Origin: Nitrospinota bacterium
GTDB lineage: Bacteria > Nitrospinota_A > UBA7883 > JADGGD01
DNA length: 48,456 nt
Direction: 5' to 3'
NCBI GenBank assembly: GCA_015229165.1
Contig: JADGCD010000001.1
Coordinates: 1-48,456, forward strand
Notes under the pieces: generated by a model
What the model was told of the DNA's origin: nothing
Database searches by the model: none
Seen by the model: the letters and a program-made list of their open reading frames with translations, nothing else
Shown: positions 1-7,822 of the stretch, piece after piece
How positions within the stretch are numbered: the first letter of the stretch is position 1
Layout of the letters: every line of letters begins with the position of its first letter
Position numbers and translations under genes: made by a program

Positions 1-772
1 TTTTCGCCATCCTGATGACCCCCCGTGAAGAGAATCCGCAGATCGTGGTGCCGGGGGAGAGGGGCTCTTCCGGGGTCAGTCCCAGCAGGGCGGCGAGCCG
101 CTCCAGCGCGCTCTGCCGCTGGGCGCGGGCCACATTCATCTCCTGCCGGACCCTGTCGTGGTTGATGGTCATGTCCAGACTGTCGGTCCGGTGGGCCAGT
201 CCGGCCTCTTCCCGGTCACCGGTTACTTTCATGCTCTCACGGGCCAGTTCGAGGCTCGCCTCCAGCGCCGCGACATTCCGGTCGGCCAGCCAAAGGGCCA
301 TCCACGCGTCGATGACCCGATAGACCAACTGGCTGCGGGCGCCCTGAGCCATGCTTTCGGCGGCATGGGCGTCGGAGCGGGCGGCCTTGAAACCGTAGTA
401 AATCTGCCCCCCGGCGAATATCGGCTGACGGACCGCGAGGGTGGTTCGCCAGTTTTCGTACGAGTCGGGATTGTTCAGGCGGGCCGGATCAAAATCGGCC
501 TGCGTCACCGATTCCCGTTGGAGCCTCATGCCGAAGACATTGAGGGGGGAGTCGGTCTTGACGTAGCTCTCCGACACCGTGACTTCGGGCCCGAACTTTG
601 AAAGGGCGGAGCGCGAAAGGTAGCGGGCCGCCTCGCCGCGGGCGTCGGTCGCCAAAAGGTCTGGGTTGCGGGCGAGGGCGGTTTCAATGGCTTGGCCAAG
701 GGTCATGGCGTGGCCGACGTCGGCCGATGCCATCGACCCGAGCAGGAACACGAGCGTGATGACGGTTCGCAT
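1..772 (-). CDS. TolC/OEP-family outer-membrane efflux protein, N-terminal part (gene runs off the left window edge)
   Basis: Not in the ORF track because there is no stop inside the window. Hand translation of the minus strand from ATG (772-770) gives MRTVITLVFLLGSMASADVGHAMTLGQAIETALARNPDLLATDARGEAARY... This is a signal peptide followed by the LtLxxAixxALxxNPdl opening typical of outer membrane efflux proteins. The frame stays open to position 1. Confidence 0.7.
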   Translation of the reverse strand, partial: MRTVITLVFLLGSMASADVGHAMTLGQAIETALARNPDLLATDARGEAARYLSRSALSKFGPEVTVSESYVKTDSPLNVFGMRLQRESVTQADFDPARLNNPDSYENWRTTLAVRQPIFAGGQIYYGFKAARSDAHAAESMAQGARSQLVYRVIDAWMALWLADRNVAALEASLELARESMKVTGDREEAGLAHRTDSLDMTINHDRVRQEMNVARAQRQSALERLAALLGLTPEEPLSPGTTICGFSSRGVIRMAK

Positions 773-791
773 GGCAGCCCTTCGATAAAGG

Positions 792-1124
792 TTAGTCGGT
801 GACGGTGTCCAGGAGCTGGGCCAGAACCGGCTTCGGGACGGCGCCGACCACCTGGTCGACAGGAACGCCGTTGTGAAAGAGAATCAGCGTCGGGATCCCC
901 CTGATACCATACTTCGCCGGAACATGGTGGGCAGCCTCGGTGTCACACTTGGCGATCTTTACTTTGCCGACATATTCATCGGCCAGTTGGTCGATTGTCG
1001 GCGCCACCATCCGGCAGGGGCCGCACCATTCGGCCCAGAAATCGACCAGCACCGGCAGGGAAGATTCGATGACTTCCTTCTGGAAATTGGCATCGTCCAC
1101 ATGGACAACGTTTTTGCTCGCCAT
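792..1124 (-). CDS. trxA: Thioredoxin
   Basis: 110 aa with the WCGPC active site (DFWAEWCGPCRMVAP) and thioredoxin-length fold signature (GIRGIPTLILF). Confidence 0.93.
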   Translation of the reverse strand: MASKNVVHVDDANFQKEVIESSLPVLVDFWAEWCGPCRMVAPTIDQLADEYVGKVKIAKCDTEAAHHVPAKYGIRGIPTLILFHNGVPVDQVVGAVPKPVLAQLLDTVTD

Positions 1125-1140
1125 GGCATCATTCTCCCGT

Positions 1141-1359
1141 TCAGTTAGAGGTGGTAAGAGACACGTCGCACGAGGAGCGCATCCCGAGCTTTTTCAAGAT
1201 AACGGTCATGGGGCAAAATCGGGTGAAACCGTACTGAAACAGGTTCAACCCGACAAAGGCGGTCAGGAAGAGCCAGTAGGGGTGGTGAAACACTCCCAAC
1301 GCCAGCGAACCCATGATGAAAAAACCGGCCATAACGTGAACCATATCTTCAGCGCGCAT
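1141..1359 (-). CDS. DUF2892 (YgaP-like) small inner-membrane protein
   Basis: Two hydrophobic helices and the C-terminal GLNLFQYGFTRFCPMTVILKKLG motif typical of DUF2892. I prefer the ATG at 1359-1357 (MRAEDMVH...), which lies 6 nt after GGGAG, over the track start at 1383. Confidence 0.7.
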   Translation of the reverse strand: MRAEDMVHVMAGFFIMGSLALGVFHHPYWLFLTAFVGLNLFQYGFTRFCPMTVILKKLGMRSSCDVSLTTSN

Positions 1360-1488
1360 CGGATACTCCCAGTTGCAAGTCAATAGCTACACGCTTGTCC
1401 TTCAAAATGCGGGCCAAAGGGTGTACTTAGATAAGATGATGAAAAATAATGCGAATAATGATGCGCACCTTTGGTGAGACAGATGTCC

Positions 1489-1536
1489 GCGTTGCAATAA
1501 AACAATTCTGTCCAGCAACATGCATCATTATGCAAC
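1489..1536. promoter_or_regulatory. Candidate operator words GCGTTGCA (1489-1496) and TGCATCATTATGCAAC (1521-1536) in an AT-rich divergent intergenic region
   Basis: The same words recur fused as GCGTTGCATCATTGCAAC at 4474-4491. They lie in the 370-bp AT-rich gap between the DUF2892-trxA operon and the 1752 gene. Confidence 0.3.
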
Positions 1537-1751
1537 GATGTACATGCCTTGGAGCCGCATTCAGTGGGAAGCGACGGTAAGGAAGGCGGGAAGATGCTCT
1601 CTGCGGGGCAGGCGGAACGGGGTAACAGGCATGCGATGATGCGTCAGATAGTTTACATAATATATCTTATCGGAATATGCGTTTTGGGGGCATTCCTTGA
1701 CTTTGACGGCTTATCCTACTATTTATAGTGAACTTAATCGTGGAGCGCCTG

Positions 1752-2081
1752 ATGGATCAATTGAAATATTTCTGGAACACGTACGATTTCGACCGGGTGA
1801 TGAGCTGGATCGGAACTGCCCTGCGCGATCCGCTGGGTACTCTCATGAATCCGTGGATTCTTGCGCCCATCGTGATCATTATCGGGCTCTTCGTTAATCA
1901 GAAGACCGCCGGTCTCGGACAAAAGCTCATTATTGGCGTCCCGGCCATCGGTTACCTCTTTATCACGCTGACTGTTCTGCACAACGACTCGATCTCGCAA
2001 CCGGGTCCGTTCATGATGGGCTTGGGCGCCATGTTGATTATCGTCGGATGGTTCATATGGGACCGCCTGATGAAAGGCTGA
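1752..2081 (+). CDS. Hypothetical small integral membrane protein
   Basis: ORF 1728-2081. I prefer the ATG at 1752, which has GGAG 6 nt upstream. The GTG at 1728 sits inside a sigma70-like TTGACT(1697)-17-TATTTA / TATAGT(1724) element. Three hydrophobic segments and high GC3. No family recognised. Confidence 0.55.
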   Translation: MDQLKYFWNTYDFDRVMSWIGTALRDPLGTLMNPWILAPIVIIIGLFVNQKTAGLGQKLIIGVPAIGYLFITLTVLHNDSISQPGPFMMGLGAMLIIVGWFIWDRLMKG

Positions 2082-2089
2082 GATTTGGC

Positions 2090-2608
2090 TTACTGATCCA
2101 TTTTGCCGAAATCTGACGGTCGAATATCGTCCAGCCATCTCTTGAACTGCTCTTCATCCTCCGGCGGTTGAACGGCGCCCTGCTTGTTCAATTCGCTGTT
2201 GTTCTTCGCCTCTTCCAGCACCGATGCCCGGACGTAGATCGGGCAACCAACCCGTAACGCAATGGCGATGGCGTCCGATGGCCTCGAATCGACTTCAATC
2301 TCCCCTGTTTCGACTTGCAATGAAAGCTTTGCGTAAAACGTATTGTCTTTCAAATCATTAACGGTGACGTGCTGAAGTGTCGCTTTAAGCGCATCCAGCA
2401 GGTTCTTGATCAGGTCGTGGGTCATCGGACGGGGGGTGACGACCGTCTCCATTTCCAGTGCGATGGCGGTCGCCTCAGGGTAGCCGACCCAGATCGGAAG
2501 GGAGCGCCCTCCGGCTTCGTCTTTGAGGATGATGATCGGCGTGTTGCTCAGGGGGTCGAAGACAAGCCCGTCCACTTTCATTCTTACCCGCTCGTCTGCT
2601 TGGCTCAT
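2090..2608 (-). CDS. Bifunctional nuclease family protein (BFN / DUF151 DNase-RNase domain)
   Basis: LPIWVGYPEATAIALE...RPMTHDL...TFYAKL...DSRPSDAIAIALR matches the DUF151/BFN signature. The start ATG at 2608-2606 (MSQADERV) overlaps the miaB stop as ATGA. Confidence 0.8.
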   Translation of the reverse strand: MSQADERVRMKVDGLVFDPLSNTPIIILKDEAGGRSLPIWVGYPEATAIALEMETVVTPRPMTHDLIKNLLDALKATLQHVTVNDLKDNTFYAKLSLQVETGEIEVDSRPSDAIAIALRVGCPIYVRASVLEEAKNNSELNKQGAVQPPEDEEQFKRWLDDIRPSDFGKMDQ

Positions 2609-3990
2609 TCCCTCACTCCTTGCAAGGCCAGTGACGACCGCTCCGATATGCCGCTCGTGTCCGATTCTCCTTCGAGGCTGAACTGTCGGCTCGCCACGAT
2701 CCGGACCGGAACGAACTGCCCCGTCAAATCGCACGCACTGGTGATGTTGACGGTAATGTTCTGCGGGGTCCGTCCGGCATAGCGATGATCGTCCTTCCGG
2801 CTGGGGCCGTCGACCAGGATAACGGTCTCCTCCCCTACCCGCGCCGCGAGCCGCTGGCCGGTGATTTCCTTTTGTCGTCGCTGAACGATCTCGAATCGTC
2901 GCTGGGCGACGTCGGGGTCGACCGCCTCCGGCAGCGTGGCCGCCGGGGTCCCTGGACGGGGCGAATACTTGAACAGGTAGATGTTGTCGAACTGCGCCCG
3001 GTCAAGCGCTACCAGTGTCGCCTCGAACTCTGAATCGCTCTCGCCCGGAAAACCGACGATGACATCGGCGGTTAGCGAAAGATCGGGGACCGCTCGCCGC
3101 AGACGTTCGACCCGGTTGAAATAGTGCTGGACCGTATAGCCCCGGTCCATGGCGGCCAGTATCCGGTCGGCGCCTGACTGGATCGGCAGATGGAGCGCCG
3201 GGGTCACCGACCGGAGCGACCCCATGGCGTCGATGAGCCGGTCGGAGAGGTCTTTCGGATGGGAGGTCATGAAGCGGACCCAGGGGATCGACGATTCGCT
3301 GTCGATACGGGCCAGCAACGTGGCAAAGTCGGCGGTGGGAACGAGCCCTTTGCCGTACGAGTTGACGTTTTGCCCCAATAACCAGATTTCCTTGTACCCC
3401 CGCTCGCCAAGCTCCACCGCCTCCCGCACCACGGTATCCATGGGTCGGGACTGCTCGGCGCCACGGGTCGTGGGGACGATGCAGTAGCTGCACCGGTTGT
3501 CGCACCCTCGCATGATGGAGATCCAGCCGGTGACGGCGGAGCTGCGACGCATGGGATAGTCGTCGTAATCGTCGCTCTCACCGACGTCGATTTGCCGGTG
3601 GCCGGTCTCCTGATAGGTTTTCAGAAGTGTCGGGAAACGGTCGATGGCCCGGGTGCCGAAGACCACATCGACTAGGGGGGCGCGGCGGACGATGCCGTCG
3701 GCCAATTCCTGCGCGATGCAGCCGCCGACGCAAAGGGTCATCTGGGGATTTTTCGACTTCATCGGGCCGAGCCGCCCCATCAGGGAGAAGAACTTTTGCT
3801 CCGCCTTGTCCCGCACGGCGCAAGTGTTCACCACCACCACGTCGGCCCCCTCCACCGTGTCGGTGTAGTCGTAATCGTCCGCCAGCAGCCCCGAGACCCA
3901 CTCGGAGTCGGACCGGTTCATTTGGCAGCCGAGGGTGATGATGGCCAGTTTCTTCTTCACGGTATCCTGCGGTCTTGGACCATCTCCCAA
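2605..3990 (-). CDS. miaB: tRNA-2-methylthio-N6-dimethylallyladenosine synthase (radical-SAM methylthiotransferase)
   Basis: 461 aa. N-terminal UPF0004 motif (IITLGCQMNRSDSE), radical-SAM CDNRCSYC, and a C-terminal TRAM-like region. Confidence 0.9.
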   Translation of the reverse strand: MGDGPRPQDTVKKKLAIITLGCQMNRSDSEWVSGLLADDYDYTDTVEGADVVVVNTCAVRDKAEQKFFSLMGRLGPMKSKNPQMTLCVGGCIAQELADGIVRRAPLVDVVFGTRAIDRFPTLLKTYQETGHRQIDVGESDDYDDYPMRRSSAVTGWISIMRGCDNRCSYCIVPTTRGAEQSRPMDTVVREAVELGERGYKEIWLLGQNVNSYGKGLVPTADFATLLARIDSESSIPWVRFMTSHPKDLSDRLIDAMGSLRSVTPALHLPIQSGADRILAAMDRGYTVQHYFNRVERLRRAVPDLSLTADVIVGFPGESDSEFEATLVALDRAQFDNIYLFKYSPRPGTPAATLPEAVDPDVAQRRFEIVQRRQKEITGQRLAARVGEETVILVDGPSRKDDHRYAGRTPQNITVNITSACDLTGQFVPVRIVASRQFSLEGESDTSGISERSSLALQGVRE

Positions 3991-4061
3991 GTATACCTCC
4001 CTTTTTCGAAGGTCGGTAGCGGTCCTCCCTCTTTGGTTACGGTTGTGTTAGAGTCGCTTCG

Positions 4062-4466
4062 ATGAGCGCCTACAGCCTGCTCCCCGGCTTCCCGCCGGTC
4101 ATCGGTGTGACCTGTGGCGAAGGGCATTTCCGGAAGAGCCGTCGTCGGCTTGCTTCTCCCCTCTTCCCGGTCGGCCTCGCCACCCTCGGCTGTATCGTCG
4201 ATTTTTTCTGGCTCTTGCCCGACGCCGTCGTTTCACTCTACCTCCCCGTGGGGCTTTTCAACGTGGTCGCCGCATGGGGGGTGACCGTCTTCACTGCACG
4301 ATTACGCGACCGTCTTTTCCCGCTTCCCCGCCGCTGTCCGACCTGCCAAGGCCGGCTCGAACAATTCCGTGCGACCACAGACGAAGTGGGTGGCCCGACG
4401 GTTGTCGAAATAGTGTCTGCAGGAATCTTTGTTATTCCACATCTTGCGATGTTGTTCTTAATCTAG
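4062..4466 (+). CDS. Hypothetical membrane protein with CPTC motif
   Basis: The only sizeable ORF in a 495-bp gap. It has hydrophobic segments and moderately high GC3. No family recognised and no clear RBS. Confidence 0.3.
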   Translation: MSAYSLLPGFPPVIGVTCGEGHFRKSRRRLASPLFPVGLATLGCIVDFFWLLPDAVVSLYLPVGLFNVVAAWGVTVFTARLRDRLFPLPRRCPTCQGRLEQFRATTDEVGGPTVVEIVSAGIFVIPHLAMLFLI

Positions 4467-4473
4467 TCTCTAT

Positions 4474-4491
4474 GCGTTGCATCATTGCAAC
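4474..4491. promoter_or_regulatory. Palindromic operator-like site GCGTTGCA-TCAT-TGCAAC
   Basis: GTTGCA/TGCAAC is a perfect 6-bp inverted repeat with a 4-bp spacer (4476-4491). It lies 21 nt upstream of the ATG (4512) of the sigma54 activator gene and shares words with 1489-1536. Confidence 0.35.
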
Positions 4492-4511
4492 ATAGCGGCT
4501 ACCATAAGGCT

Positions 4512-5861
4512 ATGGAGCGCGAATCGTTCGAAACATGCTTGGCCTACAAGGAAAATCTTGAGGCGGTCTTCAACGCCGTCTATGACGGAATCGTTTCGCT
4601 GACCCCCGAGCTGGCGGTGGTCAACATGAACGAGGCTGCGGAAACGTTCTTCGGCGTCACCCGGGAGCAGGTGAAGGGGCGCTCCTGCTTCTGCGAGGAG
4701 ATGCTCCCCGACCTGCGGGACATACTAGTGAACGCTCTCACCCGTGCGACCCCCATAAAGAATTTCTCCATCCGGTTCACCGACCGGACCGGCGACGACC
4801 GGACCGCCATCATCTCCACCGCCCTTCTCCACGACCAGAAAGGGGCGGTCAACGGCATTGTTCTGATCCTCCACGACATTTCGGAGATTCGCAGGCTCCA
4901 GATGCGTTTCGAGGAGCATCCCGCCTACCACCGTCTCATCGGGCGCAACGGGCGGATGCAGGAAATCTACACCCTGATACGCAAAGTCGCCTCCGCCGAA
5001 GCGCCGGTGCTGATCGAAGGGGAATCGGGCTCGGGCAAAGGGCTCATCGCCGAGGCGATCCACCACCTCTCCAGCCGACGCGACGGCCCCTTTGTGAAGG
5101 TCAACTGCGCCGCGCTGTCGGAGTCGCTGCTGGAGTCAGAGCTGTTCGGCCATGTGAAAGGCGCCTTCACCGGCGCCATTCGGGACCGGATCGGCCGGTT
5201 CGAAGTGGCCAACGGCGGGACCATTTTTCTGGACGAGATCGGTGAGATTCCCCCCGCCACCCAGATAAAACTGCTGACCACCCTCCAGGACAAGATTATC
5301 GAACGGGTCGGCGACACCGCACCGGTCAAGGTGGACGTTCGGATCGTCTCCGCGACGAACCGGCGGCTCAGAGAGTTGGTGGAGGAAAAGGTTTTTCGTG
5401 AAGACCTCTATTACCGACTGAAGGTGGTTCGCATCGAAGCCCCTCCCCTGCGCGAGCGGGCCGATGACATTCCGTTGCTCGTCTCCTATTTCGTCGAACG
5501 GCAACGCAAGGAGACCGGCAAGAGCATCACCGCCGTCACTGACGAGGCGATGCGCCGTCTGGTCCGCTACCGGTGGCCGGGGAACGTTCGGGAGCTGGAA
5601 AACGCCATCGCCCAGGCGTTTGTGCTGGCGGAGCGGGAGGTGATCACCCCCGACGACCTGCCGGAAGAGGTTCTGGCCTCCCCTCCCCTCGCCCCGTCAA
5701 CGCCCGATCGGTATGCGCAGGCCGTCGTTCTCCCCGACGACCGGACGGCGATCGTCGAAGCCCTCCAGCGCGCCGGGGGAAAGAAGGGGGAGGCGGCCCG
5801 TCTCCTCGACATGGACCGGACGACGTTGTGGCGGAAGATGAGGCGCTACGGGCTGGATTGA
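4512..5861 (+). CDS. Sigma-54-dependent transcriptional activator (PAS - AAA+ - Fis-type HTH), no receiver domain
   Basis: Walker A GESGSGKG, the GAFTGA loop ([10 protein letters not shown]), ESELFGH, and a C-terminal HTH ([13 protein letters not shown]). The N-terminal ~130 aa are PAS-like. The track start at 4485 is TTG, and I prefer the ATG at 4512 (MERESFE). Confidence 0.9.
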   Translation: MERESFETCLAYKENLEAVFNAVYDGIVSLTPELAVVNMNEAAETFFGVTREQVKGRSCFCEEMLPDLRDILVNALTRATPIKNFSIRFTDRTGDDRTAIISTALLHDQKGAVNGIVLILHDISEIRRLQMRFEEHPAYHRLIGRNGRMQEIYTLIRKVASAEAPVLIEGESGSGKGLIAEAIHHLSSRRDGPFVKVNCAALSESLLESELFGHVKGAFTGAIRDRIGRFEVANGGTIFLDEIGEIPPATQIKLLTTLQDKIIERVGDTAPVKVDVRIVSATNRRLRELVEEKVFREDLYYRLKVVRIEAPPLRERADDIPLLVSYFVERQRKETGKSITAVTDEAMRRLVRYRWPGNVRELENAIAQAFVLAEREVITPDDLPEEVLASPPLAPSTPDRYAQAVVLPDDRTAIVEALQRAGGKKGEAARLLDMDRTTLWRKMRRYGLD

Positions 5862-5866
5862 AGCGC

Positions 5867-5893
5867 GGGGCGTGGTCGGTCGATGACCGCCCC
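5867..5893. terminator. GC-rich imperfect hairpin between convergent genes
   Basis: GGGGCGTGGTC...GACCGCCCC sits in the 32-nt gap between the activator stop (5861) and the parE stop (5894). No U-tract. Confidence 0.3.
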
Positions 5894-7807
5894 TCAGATG
5901 TCCAGTTCGCCCCCCGACGAGACGAAGGCGGCGGAGTTTTGCTCCAGAAACTCGTAGCGGGCGGAGGCGTCTTTTCCCATCAGGCGGCTGAAGGCGGCGT
6001 CGGCGGCAAGGGCGTTCTCGACGGTCACCTGTAACAGCCGCCGTCTGCTCCGGTCCATGGTGGTTTCCTTGAGGATGTTCATCGGCATCTCGCCGAGCCC
6101 CTTGAACCGGGAGATCTGCGGCTTCACGTTCCCCGGCGCGTCGGCCAGTATCCGGTCCCGCTCGGCGTCGTCGAGGGCGTAGCGAACGTCTTTGCCCAGC
6201 TCGATCTTGAAAAGGGGCGGCTGGGCCAGGTAGATATGCCCCTTCTCTACCAGCTTAGGCATGAAGCGAAAGAAGAACGTCAGCAGCAGCGCGGAGATGT
6301 GGGCGCCATCGACATCGGCGTCGGTCATGATGACGATCCGGTCGTAGCGGAGCTTGCTGTAGTCGAATTCTTTTCCCATCCCGGTGCCGATGGAGATGGT
6401 CAACGATTTCACTTCGTTGTTGGCGGCCAGTTTCTCCGCCGTGGCGTTCTCGACGTTCAGGATTTTCCCCCGCAACGGCAGCACCGCCTGCGTGCGCCGG
6501 TCCCGGGCTTGTTTCGACGATCCCCCCGCCGAGTCCCCTTCGACGATGAAGAGTTCGGTTTCCGACGGGTCGGTGGAGGAGCAGTCGGCCAGCTTTCCCG
6601 GCAACGTCAGCCGGTGGGAGATGGCGGTCTTTCGCATGACCGAATCTTTGGCCGAGCGACTGGCCATCCGGGCCTGCGCCGCCAGCGCCACGCGCGCCAT
6701 GATCTCTTCGCCGGTGGTCGGCTGCTCCAGCAGGAACCGCTCGAAGGCCGTGCGAACGGCGTTATCGACCCAGGTGGCCGCTTCCGGGTTGTTGAGTTTC
6801 TCTTTGGTCTGTCCCTGGAACTGGGGGTTTGAGAGATAGACCGAGAGGACGGCGACGAGCCCCTCTTTCACATCCTCGGCGGTGGCGGCGAGGTTCTTGT
6901 ACTTCGCGCTACGCCCCATGTGTGTGCGCAACGTCTTGGCCAGCGCCGCCCGGAGGCCGTTTTCGTGGGCGCCCCCTTCGGAGGTATAGACCGAGTTGGC
7001 ATAGGAGAACACCGACGTTTCGGTCTGCTCGGTCCACTGGAGAGCCACCTCCACCGCCATCCCGTTCTTGTCGGCGAAATGGAACGCCCCTCCCCCCACC
7101 GGCTTTCGCCCCTTGAGCAATTTGGCGAGGTAGTCCTTCACCCCGTTGGGATAGTGAAAGGTATGTTTCTCCTGCGTCCGCCGGTCGATGACGTCGATGG
7201 TAAGGCGGGCGTTCAGAAAGGCTTTTGTCTCCGCCCGCTCCAAAATCGACTTCAACGTGAAGGTGGTGCGGGGGAATATCTGACTGTCCGGCAGGAAGGT
7301 GACGGTGGTGCCGTGTACTCCCTTCGCCACGTCTCCCAGCCGTTTCAACTTCCCGACCGTCAGCCCCCGGGAGAACTCCATCATGAAGTGTCCCCCGTCG
7401 CGGCGGACGTCGATGACGGTCTTTTCCGATAGGGCGTTGACGACCGATACGCCGACGCCGTGCAGGCCGCCGGAGGTGTTGTAAGTTTTGTTCGAGAACT
7501 TGGCGCCGGAATGGAGCGTGGTGAGAATCACCTCCAACGCCGGTTTGTTGTACTTCGGATGCTTGTCCACCGGGATGCCCCGCCCGTTGTCATCCACCGA
7601 GCAGGTTCCGTCCTCGCCGAGGGTGACGACGATATGGTCGCAGTAGCCGTTGACCGCTTCGTCCACGGCGTTGTCGAGCGCCTCCCACACCAGATGGTGC
7701 AGACCGTTGGTGTCGGTGCCGCCGATGTACATGCCGGGGCGGACCCGGACCGGCTCCAGCCCTTCGAGGACTTCGATATGTTTCGCCGAGTAGCCTTGAT
7801 CGGACAT
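5894..7807 (-). CDS. parE: Type IIA DNA topoisomerase B subunit, ParE-like (topoisomerase IV subunit B)
   Basis: 637 aa containing GLEPVRVRPGMYIG, GAKFSNKTYNTSGGLHGVG (the ParE-type KFSNK.Y rather than the GyrB KFDD.SYK), the Toprim motif EGDSAGG, and PLRGKILNVE. Confidence 0.75.
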   Translation of the reverse strand: MSDQGYSAKHIEVLEGLEPVRVRPGMYIGGTDTNGLHHLVWEALDNAVDEAVNGYCDHIVVTLGEDGTCSVDDNGRGIPVDKHPKYNKPALEVILTTLHSGAKFSNKTYNTSGGLHGVGVSVVNALSEKTVIDVRRDGGHFMMEFSRGLTVGKLKRLGDVAKGVHGTTVTFLPDSQIFPRTTFTLKSILERAETKAFLNARLTIDVIDRRTQEKHTFHYPNGVKDYLAKLLKGRKPVGGGAFHFADKNGMAVEVALQWTEQTETSVFSYANSVYTSEGGAHENGLRAALAKTLRTHMGRSAKYKNLAATAEDVKEGLVAVLSVYLSNPQFQGQTKEKLNNPEAATWVDNAVRTAFERFLLEQPTTGEEIMARVALAAQARMASRSAKDSVMRKTAISHRLTLPGKLADCSSTDPSETELFIVEGDSAGGSSKQARDRRTQAVLPLRGKILNVENATAEKLAANNEVKSLTISIGTGMGKEFDYSKLRYDRIVIMTDADVDGAHISALLLTFFFRFMPKLVEKGHIYLAQPPLFKIELGKDVRYALDDAERDRILADAPGNVKPQISRFKGLGEMPMNILKETTMDRSRRRLLQVTVENALAADAAFSRLMGKDASARYEFLEQNSAAFVSSGGELDI

Positions 7808-7822
7808 GTTCTCTTTCGTTTC

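Noticed and set aside
1436-1477. 13-codon mini-ORF (MMKNNANNDAHLW) in the AT-rich gap
   Set aside because: It has no RBS, no recognisable leader-peptide logic such as regulatory codon runs, and it is too short to support.
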